A stretch of 64,000 bases of DNA from Candidatus Atelocyanobacterium thalassae (lineage in GTDB: Bacteria > Cyanobacteriota > Cyanobacteriia > Cyanobacteriales > Microcystaceae), in the NCBI GenBank assembly GCA_051971635.1, contig JBFPLN010000001.1:32001-96000 (forward strand), read 5' to 3'. The position numbers were made by a program, and so were the translations under genes. The notes under the pieces were generated by a model, which had not been told where the DNA came from, did not search any database, and saw only the letters and a program-made list of their open reading frames with translations. The first letter of the stretch is position 1; the number at the start of each line of letters is the position of its first letter. Of the stretch, positions 33,108 through 43,850 are shown one piece after another.

Positions 33108-35390
33108 GTTTGAGTTGTTAAAATTTATATTTTCAGAAGTTAAAGTTTTTATTCTTTTAAGTAAAAAATTAGGTTGTATAGGTTTTATTAAATAATCATC
33201 AATTCCTGTTTCAGCAATTTCTAGCCACTCCTTCGATGTAATTGTATCTTTTAAAAAGAGTACTTTAATAGATTTAGTCTCTGAAGATTTCTTCAATATC
33301 TTACTAATTTTCAGAGCTTTAGATAAATCTTGATCTAAAATAATTGCTATAGGTTGAATTAACTCTATTTTTCTTATTAATTTAATATCATTAATTAACC
33401 AAATGAAATAATAATTAGCTGATGTTAATAATTCTTCAAGTAAAGTCGCAATTTTCCTGTTACTCTCTATCAGAATAATTATTCTAGTAGAAAATAGTGA
33501 TTCTCTCTGATTTATTAGTCTACTATTTAACCTATCTTTGAGATGAGATTGGTTAGGAATTCTAATCGTGAAAATAGATCCCTTATTTACTAGGGATTTT
33601 ACCTCGATAGTTCCACTATGTAACTCAACTAGTTGCTTGGTCAAAGCTAAACCTAGTCCTGTTCCCCCATAAACGCGTTTTCTATGATTTTCTAGTTTCT
33701 GAAATAATTTAAACAATAAAGGAATTTGATCTGTCTTAATACCTATTCCTGTATCTTCTACTTGCCAAACTACTTCCTCTCTATCTCTCCAAACTCTTAG
33801 TATTACAGTTCCATTTTCTGGGGTAAACTTTAAAGCATTATTTAGTAAATAATAAAGAATATGCTTCATTCTTATGGGATCAGCTAAGAATGTATCTTCT
33901 ATAGAATTAATTTTTAAATCTAATTTTAAGTTAATATGTCGGTGAATCTCTTCTTTATAAACTTTCTGTAGAATATTTTTGGCAATATCACTTAGAGAAA
34001 ATTCTTGAATATTCAATAAGCATTTTCCTGTTTGTAAATTTGAATACTCTAAAATCTCATTAATTATTTGAAGTAGGTTTTCACCACTATTTTGAATAGT
34101 TTCTAAATAATGTTTTCTCTTTTCTAAGGATAGTGTCGATTCCTCTTTTGACCAATATGATAAAGTACCTGACAAACCGATAATACAAGTTAATGGAGTG
34201 CGAAGCTCATGGCTCATATTACCCAAAAATTCACTTTTCGAATGATTAGCTGCCTGAGAAGCAACTAAAGTATCACAAAGTTCCTGCGTTCTTCTGATAA
34301 CTTTTTGTTTTAATATATGTCTTTCTGCTTGAGATTGAGAATATAGCTGTGCCTGATGAATAGCAACATCTAAATGTTCTGTAATTTTTTCTAAAGTAGC
34401 TTTTTCATCTCTTAGCCATTTCCGCTTATGGAGACATTGATGGGCAACCAAGAGTCCCCATAGATTACCATTTACTATAATAGGAGTTATTATTTCGGAA
34501 AGTATCCGATATTTACTTAATAAGTTTTGAAAGCATGAATAAACGAAAGAATATTTATTTATATTATGGAAGTCAATTGATTTCTCATAGTATTTTGGAA
34601 CTCTAATAAAAATCTTACTTTCTATTAAGACATTTAATAAAGAAGGAGTATCTTTGCTAACAAGCGATTGATGAGTAACATAGCCATCACCTGTGATTAA
34701 ATAATAATTTTTAGAAGCAGTTAACTGTTTACCATTAAATTTATAAACAATTAAGCGATCAACTTCCAAAAATTCTCTTAACTCCTTAACAGTAGTCTCC
34801 AGAATAGTTGACAGGTAGAGAGTTTGGCGAATTTTACTAATTATTTGACTTAGGAGCCTCTCTCGTTTTAGTTTGCTCTGAATATCTTCTTTGAGAGGGG
34901 AAATAACTAGTGATTTTTGGTAAATAGAATAGGAATTATTAGTGTTTTTAGGCTCTAATATATCCTCTAGATGATTATTCAAGTATAATTGCAAATTTGT
35001 TAACTGGATATTATTAATATTTAAGTAAGGAACAAATTGTTTTTTCCATATTGAAGTGTGGTTTAAGTGTATATATAATTTTCGAATAAAGTTAGTAATA
35101 TAATCTGCCTCTGTAGTAATTGTGACTTGATAAGATAAAGAGGAAGTGCTTAGTGAGCCCTGAAGGAGCGTACTAAATTGAGGAGACAAAAAAAGATAAA
35201 AGGTTTTTAAATCTGTTACTATGGAGGGATCTTCTATTTCTAGAGCAAGTATAGAATTTGTTAATAGAATCCCTGTAGAACCTCTAATTTTTAAAAGCTC
35301 TCTCCAAAGAGAACAGAGCTTCTCAAACTTATATATAGATATAATCCGTTGTAAAATTGGTTCTTGAGCAAGATTCATCAGCTTAGACAA
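33102..35390 (-). CDS. cikA: GAF - histidine kinase - receiver-like protein, CikA-like circadian input kinase
   Basis: GAF (LWGLLVAHQC), H-box MSHELRTPLTCIIG, N/G boxes (NALKFT, GGTGLGL), degenerate C-terminal receiver. Confidence 0.82.
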   Translation of the reverse strand: MSKLMNLAQEPILQRIISIYKFEKLCSLWRELLKIRGSTGILLTNSILALEIEDPSIVTDLKTFYLFLSPQFSTLLQGSLSTSSLSYQVTITTEADYITNFIRKLYIHLNHTSIWKKQFVPYLNINNIQLTNLQLYLNNHLEDILEPKNTNNSYSIYQKSLVISPLKEDIQSKLKRERLLSQIISKIRQTLYLSTILETTVKELREFLEVDRLIVYKFNGKQLTASKNYYLITGDGYVTHQSLVSKDTPSLLNVLIESKIFIRVPKYYEKSIDFHNINKYSFVYSCFQNLLSKYRILSEIITPIIVNGNLWGLLVAHQCLHKRKWLRDEKATLEKITEHLDVAIHQAQLYSQSQAERHILKQKVIRRTQELCDTLVASQAANHSKSEFLGNMSHELRTPLTCIIGLSGTLSYWSKEESTLSLEKRKHYLETIQNSGENLLQIINEILEYSNLQTGKCLLNIQEFSLSDIAKNILQKVYKEEIHRHINLKLDLKINSIEDTFLADPIRMKHILYYLLNNALKFTPENGTVILRVWRDREEVVWQVEDTGIGIKTDQIPLLFKLFQKLENHRKRVYGGTGLGLALTKQLVELHSGTIEVKSLVNKGSIFTIRIPNQSHLKDRLNSRLINQRESLFSTRIIILIESNRKIATLLEELLTSANYYFIWLINDIKLIRKIELIQPIAIILDQDLSKALKISKILKKSSETKSIKVLFLKDTITSKEWLEIAETGIDDYLIKPIQPNFLLKRIKTLTSENINFNNSNL

Positions 35391-35467
35391 AACTAAAGGA
35401 AAAAAAATAAAAATATTCTATTGCTCTATCCTGAAACTTAATGTTGTTTTAACTTTGAGGAAATACT

Positions 35468-38400
35468 ATGCATCGAATAGCTTCGACTCCTGGAACTTGG
35501 AATACGCAACAAGATGGAGTTATTCTTGTGGAGCAAAGTCAAGCTCCAATCATATTTTTAACAGCAGCAGATACGGATATTCAAAGTTTAGCAAATTGTT
35601 TAAAGCTTTTACCAGATAATTTCCCAAAAATACGTGCTCTAAATATTTTGTACTTAAAACAACAGTTAAGTATTGATGATTATTCAGATAAAGTATTATC
35701 TAAATCTAGAGTTATTATTTTACGCTTATTGGGAGGGACATCATATTGGCCCTATGGACTAGAAGTTGTTAAACATATTGCTGAACTAAATAATATAAGC
35801 CTTTTTATCTTACCAGGAGACGATCTTTCTGATACTATTTTAATGAGTCATTCAACAGTTCCTTTTCATCAAAGTAATAAACTATGGAACTACATAAGTG
35901 AAGGAGGGCAAAAAAATTGGTCGAATGCATTAAAGTACATTTCTAATAACTATTTTCAAACTAAATATAATATTGAAGAACCAGAAATAGTTCCTAATTT
36001 TGGTATTTACCAAAATGATTGGATCGATAATACTATCAAAAAAAATGTTGTTATATTGTTTTATCGCTCACATTATCTTTCTGGCAATTTATTACCGATT
36101 GATCTTTTATGCGAAAGTTTATTAAATAAAAAATTATTTCCTTTACCTATATTTATCACCTCCTTAAGAGATGTTGCTGTACAGATCGAATTGATTAATT
36201 ATCTTAATAGTGTAAAAAATATTTCTTGTCAGTTATTACTTAATACTACTAGTTTTGCAGTTACAAAGATTGATAATGAATATAATTCTAAGAATAATTT
36301 ATGGCAAAAATTAGATTGTCCAGTTTTACAAGTAATTTTTAGTAGTTCAACATTAGAGCAATGGAATGAAAGCTTTCAAGGATTGAGTCCTCGAGATGTA
36401 GCTATGAACATTGCCTTACCAGAAATTGACGGAAAAATCATAACTCGTGCAATTTCTTTCAAGTCTGTTAAAGTATGGAATAAAAATTTGGAAACAGATG
36501 TTGTTATCTATTCACCTGTTAAGGACAGGGTTGATTTTGTTGCTGATTTAGCAAGTAATTATATTAATCTTAAAAATAGTTCTATCTCTGAGAGAAAAAT
36601 TGCTATAGTTTTAGCCAATTATCCAAATAAAGACGGGAGACTTGCGAATGGTGTTGGGCTAGATACTCCAGCAAGTTGTATAGAGATTCTCAAGGCACTT
36701 AAAAAAGAAGGTTATAGTATTGAAAATATACCTGAATCAGGCGATGAACTAATAAAGTGTTTAACAAAAGGTGTAACAAATGATCCTGAAGGTAAGGAAT
36801 TACGAATAATTTACCAATCAGTCTCTTACACAGAATATAAACAATATTTTCAAAGTTTGCCTTCAAAGATCAAGAAAGAAATTGAAGAACGTTGGCAACA
36901 TATCTTTGATAATAATGAAAATATTTCATTTCCAGTCTCTGGTATTCAATTGGGTAATATTTTTATAGGTGTTCAACCATCTAGAGGTTATGATTTAGAT
37001 CCAAGTTTAAATTATCATGCTCCTGATTTAGAACCGACACCTCATTACTTGGCGTATTATTATTGGTTAAAAAATAAATTTAAAGCTTCAGCGATTGTTA
37101 ACGTAGGTAAGCATGGTAACTTGGAATGGTTGCCAGGAAAAAGTCTTGCATTATCATCAGTTTGCTATCCTGAAATCGTACTAGGTAGTATTCCTAACTT
37201 TTATCCTTTTATCGTCAATGATCCAGGAGAAGGAGCGCAAGCTAAACGTCGTTCACATGCAACTATTATAGATCATTTAACTCCCCCTTTGACTCGTGCA
37301 GAGCTATATGGTGATTTAGAACAATTAGAAATTCTTATTGATGAATACTATGAGGCACAAGCTTTAGATCCTAAACGTCTAAAGATAATTATAGATAGGA
37401 TTAAAGAACTAATTATTACGACTAACATTGATAATGATTTAGGAATAAAAGAAATAGATTTTGATTCCTTATCTACATTCTTACAATTAACAGATGGATA
37501 TTTATGTGAACTAAAAGAAGCACAAATTAGAGATGGGTTACATATATTAGGAAAGTGTCCTGAAAATGTTCAATTAAGGGATTTAATTTTAGCGATTGCT
37601 CGTTCTCCTGGTTCTAATAGGCTTGGATTAACAACAGCATTAGCTAAAGATTTAAAATTATCTTTTAAACCTCTAACAGCAGATTTTAGTGTTTCTTTTT
37701 CAGATTCTATTTTCCCTACTTTCATACCTCAAGATCTTTTGTTTCAACTTCAAGGATCTTCTTCTATTGGTAATGTTGTAGAAGTCTTAGAACATTACTC
37801 ACAAACTTTAATTGAAAACCTAATTAGTAAAACTGAAACTCCAGAAATAATTCATTTTCAAAACACTTGTAAAGAAATAAGTTGGATACAAAGTTTTTTA
37901 ATTCCAAAATTATATGAGACTGATCAAGAAATTAGTAATCTACTCAAAGGATTAGATGGGAAGTATGTTCCTAGTGGAGCATCAGGTACACCAACCAGGG
38001 GTAAAGTCGAGGTTCTCCCTACAGGTAGAAATTTCTACTCGGTTGATATTCGTGCTATCCCGACACAAACAGCTTGGGCTGTAGGGAAAAAAGCAGCAGA
38101 AATTCTTGTCGAAAAATATACTCAAGACAATGGAGAGTATCCAAAAAATCTAGCAATTTCTATCTGGGGAACTTCAACCATGCGAACTGGTGGTGATGAT
38201 ATAGCTCAAGTCTTAGCTTTGTTGGGAGCGAAACCTATTTGGGATAGATCCAGAGTAATAGATTACGAAATTATTCCTTTATCAGTGCTAGGAAGACCTC
38301 GTATTGATGTGACAGTAAGAATATCAGGCTTTTTTCGAGATAGCTTTCCTAATTTATTATTATTATTGTCAAATGTAATTGAAGATTTATCAAAATTAGA

Positions 38401-39220
38401 AGAAGAGAAAGATGCCAATCCTTTAGCCATGCAAGTCAATAAAGAAAAAATATTTTGGCAAGAGCAAGGTTTAACTGATCAAGAAGCACATTTAAAATCC
38501 TGTCATAGAATATTTGGTTCGAAGCCTGGAGCATATGGAGCTGGTTTACAGGGACTGATTGAGGCTCAAAATTGGGAAAATGATGAAGATTTAGCGAGAG
38601 CTTATATCAACTGGAGTTGTTATGCTTATGATAAAAATGGAAAAGCACATAAAGTTCCTAAAATATTTGAACAACGACTTAAACAGCTACAAATTGTTTT
38701 ACATAATCAAGACAACCGAGAACATGATTTATTGGATTCTGATGATTACTATCAATTTCAGGGAGGCTTAACTGTATCTATTAGAAGCATAACTGGTAAA
38801 AATCCCCAAACTTATTTTGGAGATAATTCAGTTGTCGATAACCCTAGAATAAAATCATTAAAGGAAGAAATATCTAAAGTGTATCGTTCTCGTGTTATTA
38901 ATCCTAAATGGATTAGAGGTGTTATGAGGCATGGCTATAAAGGTGGATTTGAAATGGCTGCTACAGTTGATTATTTATTTGCTTACGATGCTACAACTCA
39001 CTGTGTAGAAGATTTTATGTACGAAGGGATAGCTCAAAAATATGTTTTTGACAAAAATGTAAAAGAATTTATGGAAGAAAAAAATCCTTGGGCTTTACGA
39101 GATATTGCAGAAAGGCTATTAGAAGCTAATCAAAGAGGTCTATGGAAAAATACTAATCAAAAAATTCTTGATAATCTAAGAGATGTCGTTCATCAGGCAG
39201 AAAGGATAATAGAGGAATGA
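35468..39220 (+). CDS. cobN: Cobaltochelatase large subunit CobN
   Basis: GKHGNLEWLPGK, LPTGRNFYS, HNQDNREHDLLDSDDYY, HGYKG. Confidence 0.96.
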   Translation: MHRIASTPGTWNTQQDGVILVEQSQAPIIFLTAADTDIQSLANCLKLLPDNFPKIRALNILYLKQQLSIDDYSDKVLSKSRVIILRLLGGTSYWPYGLEVVKHIAELNNISLFILPGDDLSDTILMSHSTVPFHQSNKLWNYISEGGQKNWSNALKYISNNYFQTKYNIEEPEIVPNFGIYQNDWIDNTIKKNVVILFYRSHYLSGNLLPIDLLCESLLNKKLFPLPIFITSLRDVAVQIELINYLNSVKNISCQLLLNTTSFAVTKIDNEYNSKNNLWQKLDCPVLQVIFSSSTLEQWNESFQGLSPRDVAMNIALPEIDGKIITRAISFKSVKVWNKNLETDVVIYSPVKDRVDFVADLASNYINLKNSSISERKIAIVLANYPNKDGRLANGVGLDTPASCIEILKALKKEGYSIENIPESGDELIKCLTKGVTNDPEGKELRIIYQSVSYTEYKQYFQSLPSKIKKEIEERWQHIFDNNENISFPVSGIQLGNIFIGVQPSRGYDLDPSLNYHAPDLEPTPHYLAYYYWLKNKFKASAIVNVGKHGNLEWLPGKSLALSSVCYPEIVLGSIPNFYPFIVNDPGEGAQAKRRSHATIIDHLTPPLTRAELYGDLEQLEILIDEYYEAQALDPKRLKIIIDRIKELIITTNIDNDLGIKEIDFDSLSTFLQLTDGYLCELKEAQIRDGLHILGKCPENVQLRDLILAIARSPGSNRLGLTTALAKDLKLSFKPLTADFSVSFSDSIFPTFIPQDLLFQLQGSSSIGNVVEVLEHYSQTLIENLISKTETPEIIHFQNTCKEISWIQSFLIPKLYETDQEISNLLKGLDGKYVPSGASGTPTRGKVEVLPTGRNFYSVDIRAIPTQTAWAVGKKAAEILVEKYTQDNGEYPKNLAISIWGTSTMRTGGDDIAQVLALLGAKPIWDRSRVIDYEIIPLSVLGRPRIDVTVRISGFFRDSFPNLLLLLSNVIEDLSKLEEEKDANPLAMQVNKEKIFWQEQGLTDQEAHLKSCHRIFGSKPGAYGAGLQGLIEAQNWENDEDLARAYINWSCYAYDKNGKAHKVPKIFEQRLKQLQIVLHNQDNREHDLLDSDDYYQFQGGLTVSIRSITGKNPQTYFGDNSVVDNPRIKSLKEEISKVYRSRVINPKWIRGVMRHGYKGGFEMAATVDYLFAYDATTHCVEDFMYEGIAQKYVFDKNVKEFMEEKNPWALRDIAERLLEANQRGLWKNTNQKILDNLRDVVHQAERIIEE

Positions 39221-39360
39221 TTAAAGTTGCCAATAGTCGACATAATTCATTGTTATTAGAGTTCAAATAGTTTTACTTTAAAGAAGATTTTTAAATTTGC
39301 ATCGAATTAGGTATTTTAATGATACCATTTAGGAGTCCATAACGAAGGGTGATTATCATT

Positions 39361-39843
39361 ATGCGCCTGTTAAAAACAATAGCTACCCAAGTTAAAAGTT
39401 GGTTTCCTGCTCCTACCGTCCATGCTCATTGTGATGGGCCTTGCGGTGTATACGATCCAGCTTCAGCTAGGATTGCAGCTGAAGCAGTAGTATCAATGAC
39501 AAAAAAGATTTTAGATTTACAGCCTCCAACTTCAAACAATATTGAAGCAGTAGCTGCTTATCAAAATACTCTATCTAGATATGTTGCTATAAAAGAAGAA
39601 CAGGCACATCTAGCAAAGAAAGAACTTTTAGTTCTTTGGACAGATTACTTTAAGCCTGTACATCTTGAGCAATATCCTGATTTACATACTAAATTTTGGA
39701 ATGCTGCAAAACTTTGTTCTGCCTGTAAGGTAGAAGTTAATTCAGATAACACAGAGAAATTAATGTCTGCAATAGAAGATATTCAACGTATTTTCTGGCA
39801 AACAAAGGGGAGAACTGACGTTTCTTGGTATAGAGCTAACTAG
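39361..39843 (+). CDS. sodN: Nickel superoxide dismutase precursor
   Basis: Ni-hook HCDGPCGVYDP after a short leader ending VHA; LWTDYFKP. Confidence 0.97.
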   Translation: MRLLKTIATQVKSWFPAPTVHAHCDGPCGVYDPASARIAAEAVVSMTKKILDLQPPTSNNIEAVAAYQNTLSRYVAIKEEQAHLAKKELLVLWTDYFKPVHLEQYPDLHTKFWNAAKLCSACKVEVNSDNTEKLMSAIEDIQRIFWQTKGRTDVSWYRAN

Positions 39844-39880
39844 ATTACTTAATTAATTTAGTTTTTAAACCTTATTACAT

Positions 39881-40231
39881 ATGTCTCGTATACGAAACAA
39901 TAACATAATAGATCTTATACTTTGGCTACTAGGACGACGACAACGTTTTAAAGTTGAAGGGTCATCAATGTCTCCTTGTCTCAATCCAGGAGATGAATTG
40001 CTGGTCCATCAACAAATTAGTAACCAACTAACTTTTTCTATTACAGATATTGTTGTAATGTCACATCCGCATTACCCAGATTTACAATTGATTAAAAGAG
40101 TGATTTCTGTTAATAAGGATGGATCTTGTTTTGTTAAAGGAGATAATGCTCTATATAGTACAGATAGTCGTTCATTTGGGTGGATAGAATCCAAGCTCAT
40201 TTGGGGTTATGTTACTAGTCGATTTTTTTAA
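39881..40231 (+). CDS. sodX: Ni-SOD maturation protease (peptidase S26-like)
   Basis: VEGSSMSPCL, IKRV, GDN...STDSRSFG; directly downstream of sodN. Confidence 0.92.
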   Translation: MSRIRNNNIIDLILWLLGRRQRFKVEGSSMSPCLNPGDELLVHQQISNQLTFSITDIVVMSHPHYPDLQLIKRVISVNKDGSCFVKGDNALYSTDSRSFGWIESKLIWGYVTSRFF

Positions 40232-40473
40232 TCCTAAAATAGAAGCATCTTAAAAATTGACATCCAATTTTTACAAATGAAAATTATTAATGTTGTATTA
40301 AATTTATACAACATAAAATTTTTCTAACTTTAAAATTTATAATATTATGGGCAGGTAATTAATTACTAGCCCTCTTTTTATTTATAAATAAAGGAAATAC
40401 ATTTTGTTGCAGTTTATTATACATACGAGCTGCTAATAATCTAAGTAGCATATTTTGTAAAAAATTTATAACT

Positions 40474-41325
40474 ATGAAATTAAAAGAAATCGAAAATATT
40501 ACTCGATCCATAGCCTGGGGTGCATCTAAAATTTTACACTCCTATTACTGTGGAGAAAATAAATTTAAAGTTACTAAATCATCAGATGGAAGCCCAGTAA
40601 CTACTGCTGATATTGAGTCTAATACTTATATTTTAAGAAACTTACAAACATTTTTTCCTAAAGATACTTTTGGTTATCTTAGTGAAGAGAATCATAATAA
40701 TAGTCATATTCAAAAAGATTGGGTATGGATTATTGATCCTTTAGATGGTACCAAAGAATTTATTAATAAGACTGGAGAATACGCTTTACATATTGCTTTG
40801 GCATATCAAGGACGTCCTGTTGTAGGTGTAGTAGCTATTCCCGAAACTCAAACAATTTATTTTGCTACTAAAGGATATGGAACATTTGCTGAAGACTTCA
40901 ATCATAAAATTACTCAAATTAAAGTATCAAATAAAAACACACCCAAGAAAGTATCTTTAATAGTTAGTCGATCTCATAGAAATGTTCGATTTCAATCACT
41001 TATAGATCATCTCTCTGAAGAAAAAATAATGTATATGGGTAGCTTGGGTAAAAAATTTACAACTATTCTTGAACAGAAAGCAGATGCTTATATTTCAATA
41101 TCCGGAAAGTCTGCACCTAAGGATTGGGATTTTGCAGCCCCAGATTTAATTCTTACTGAAGCAGGAGGAAAATTTACTTATTTTAATGGTGACATTCCAT
41201 TTTATAACCGTGGAGATGTATCTCAGTGGGGTAATTTTATAGCTAGTAATGGGGATTGCCATAAAATCTTATGTGAAAAATCTATAAAGGTTTTAAATGA
41301 AATTGATAGAAAGAATGTTATGTAA
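40474..41325 (+). CDS. 3'(2'),5'-bisphosphate nucleotidase / inositol monophosphatase family (CysQ-like)
   Basis: PVTTAD, LSEE, WIIDPLDGTKEF, WDFAA, EAGG. Confidence 0.9.
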   Translation: MKLKEIENITRSIAWGASKILHSYYCGENKFKVTKSSDGSPVTTADIESNTYILRNLQTFFPKDTFGYLSEENHNNSHIQKDWVWIIDPLDGTKEFINKTGEYALHIALAYQGRPVVGVVAIPETQTIYFATKGYGTFAEDFNHKITQIKVSNKNTPKKVSLIVSRSHRNVRFQSLIDHLSEEKIMYMGSLGKKFTTILEQKADAYISISGKSAPKDWDFAAPDLILTEAGGKFTYFNGDIPFYNRGDVSQWGNFIASNGDCHKILCEKSIKVLNEIDRKNVM

Positions 41326-41439
41326 GTTGATTATCAAATACTTTTTTATATACAACTTCCAAAAGCCTAAAAAGCTTAATTAAGTAGTATATATATTAAA
41401 CTGGTTAATGTTTTTAACTCATACATGAATGAAGTATAG

Positions 41440-42441
41440 TTACTTAGTGTTATGCATATAAATTAGGATTATTCCCAAGCCCAACCAGAGTAGGCTACAT
41501 ACACGTGTTAGTACCAAAGCTTTTTCTAATGCATTAAATGTAATTGGTTTTATAGGTTCTCCTAGTAAAGGTTTCTCTTTAGCTATACCGTTATAAATAT
41601 TTTTTCCTCCTAATTGAATTTCCAATACAGCAGCGTAAATACTTTCACTCCATCCTGAATTTGGACTTAAGTCTTTATCTCCATCACGATTACAAATTGA
41701 AAGAACATAATAAGGCCTTCCTGATAATATTGCTAAAGTAAAGACTCCTAAACGACAAGGAATCCAGGTCAAAATATCTTCTAAGTTTGCACTAAACCAG
41801 CCAATATCAGTAAAAGGCTCTTTCTTGTAACCAATAGTAGAGTCAAGAGTGCTAGAGGCTTTGTAGGCTAAAGCAAGGGCAAGACTATTTGTGTAGGGGC
41901 ATAGAGCACCAACTATTGCATAAAATAAAGGAGCCATTACTCCATCTATAGAATTTTCCGAAATAGTTTCTAGTATTGTACGCCAAATTTCTTTTTTGGA
42001 AAGATTTTTAGTTTCTCTGCCTACATACTGACTAAGTTTTATTCTAGCAAGATCAATTTTATTATTATTTAAAGGAATAAAAACATCAATAGCCGCTAGC
42101 CTTAAACTTCTTCCAGCAAAACAGCTAGCCAATAAAATACTCTCTATAATAATTCCTGCCAGAGGAGAGAAGTGGTACTTTATCAAACCAATAACCCAGC
42201 CAAAAATACCACTAACAAAAACTAATAATATTCCTAAAACAATTCCTGCACAACGACGCACAATTTTCCTCTTACAGAATTTAAGAATGAAATTAGAATA
42301 TTTAAAAATTAACCATCCCATTACTTGAACAGGATGTAAATATTTAGATGGATCACTAACAAAATAATCAATTGTGGTAGCAATAACCAGAATAGCTATG
42401 GGAAAATTGGTATTCAAAATCATGTTCTGTCCGTTAGTCAT
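41440..42441 (-). CDS. cbiB: Adenosylcobinamide-phosphate synthase CbiB/CobD
   Basis: LHPV, VGRET, ENSIDGVMAPLFY, TLDSTIGY, SPNSG. Confidence 0.93.
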   Translation of the reverse strand: MTNGQNMILNTNFPIAILVIATTIDYFVSDPSKYLHPVQVMGWLIFKYSNFILKFCKRKIVRRCAGIVLGILLVFVSGIFGWVIGLIKYHFSPLAGIIIESILLASCFAGRSLRLAAIDVFIPLNNNKIDLARIKLSQYVGRETKNLSKKEIWRTILETISENSIDGVMAPLFYAIVGALCPYTNSLALALAYKASSTLDSTIGYKKEPFTDIGWFSANLEDILTWIPCRLGVFTLAILSGRPYYVLSICNRDGDKDLSPNSGWSESIYAAVLEIQLGGKNIYNGIAKEKPLLGEPIKPITFNALEKALVLTRVCSLLWLGLGIILIYMHNTK

Positions 42442-43383
42442 ATTTATAGTAGTTAAACAACTAAAATTAGTATGACTAACTATTTTGAGGTAGTATAAAG
42501 ACTATAATAATACATAGTATATGAACTACTATAAGTGTTTAGAGAATATAGGATATTTATAATTTTATCAACAAGTATTAAACCTTCTTAATTTTTTTAT
42601 AAATAGAAATGATAATCAAAAAAAAAACTTGCTATTGATACTATATGGTTTTAAGTTTAGATTTAAAATTTTTTAATACTTCTTTACCACTATATTTATT
42701 TCAGGATAAAATATTTAATTATATATAAATAAAATCTTAAGACAATACTTGTATACCACACAATAAATAATTATAAATAAAAGCCTTACAATGAAAAGGT
42801 ATCAAAAAAAAATAAAAAGAATATTTATTCTTTATCCTCTAAAAGTTGTTTCTAGAATGCTTACTTTATAAAAAGTTGATTATATATATTTAATTAATCT
42901 CAAAGCCTGTCTGGACAATTTAAAAATTGTAAGAAACTGATAAATTTTATAGAATTCTTAAAAAAATTAAAAAATATGCAATAAGACATTTTAAGCAATA
43001 ATAATTTTGATGTTAAAAAACAATAATTTTTAAATGCAAGAAGTTGTTTTTAATAAATTATTTTTTTACAAAATCTTGGATTATATATGATGTATTCTTA
43101 ATACTATATAGACTACGATATATACCTTTTTATTTTGATAAAAACAAAGTTACTAATTTTTTATTCACTTCATAATACTCCTATCTATAAAAAAACTAAT
43201 AAAATTAAATATCTATAAAACTGTTGTTATTAATCTTATTAAACATGTGGATAAAAATTACAAATTATGTGTAAGATAATTGTATAGATAGCTAGTAATT
43301 TTAAGTTTTTCTAATCACTACTACTACCTTAGCCAACTATTATTCTGTAAACCTAATTAATTAAATAATTACTTTCCAAATTA

Positions 43384-43773
43384 ATGAAACAAGATAAACC
43401 TTTAACCGGCATAGATCTACTCCAAAAAGTTGAAGAATTAAGTAAAGAAGCTAAATTTAGTAAAGAAGAAAAAGCAAAAGCTTGCGGTTACTATACTAAA
43501 ACAAAAAATGGGGTAGAACGTGTTAACATGATGAAGTTTCTTAATGCTTTAATTGATGCTGAAGGTATTGAACTTGATAGTAGCTCTGAGGGCCAAGGAA
43601 GAGGTGGACGTTCAGCTAGCTATAAAATTAGTGTTCAATCTAATGGCAATCTTCTTATCGGCTCAGCCTACACAAAAAAGATGGGATTAGAATCTGGTGA
43701 TGAATTTGAAATTACTTTGGGACGTAAACATATACATCTAAAACAAGTCGGGATACTCAATGAAGATGAATAA
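43384..43773 (+). CDS. Cyanobacterial AbrB-like transcriptional regulator (cyAbrB)
   Basis: KAKACGY, GRSASYKISVQSNGNLLIGSAYT, FEITLGRKHIHL. Confidence 0.93.
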   Translation: MKQDKPLTGIDLLQKVEELSKEAKFSKEEKAKACGYYTKTKNGVERVNMMKFLNALIDAEGIELDSSSEGQGRGGRSASYKISVQSNGNLLIGSAYTKKMGLESGDEFEITLGRKHIHLKQVGILNEDE

Positions 43774-43819
43774 TAGATAGTATTTATAGCTTTTTGGTTA
43801 TAGGATAATTTTATTTAAT

Positions 43820-43850
43820 AGCGTTACTCAGATAGAAACTGAGCAACGCT
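43820..43850. terminator. Stem-loop downstream of cyAbrB
   Basis: AGCGTTACTCAG / CTGAGCAACGCT, 12-bp stem with one mismatch, between convergent genes; no clear U-tract. Confidence 0.55.

Noticed and set aside
43246..43254. Perfect DnaA box (TGTGGATAA) in a 940-bp AT-rich spacer, possible oriC
   Set aside because: Only one perfect box plus one single-mismatch box (TTATCAACA near 42565). About one is expected by chance in 64 kb, and dnaA/dnaN are not nearby.
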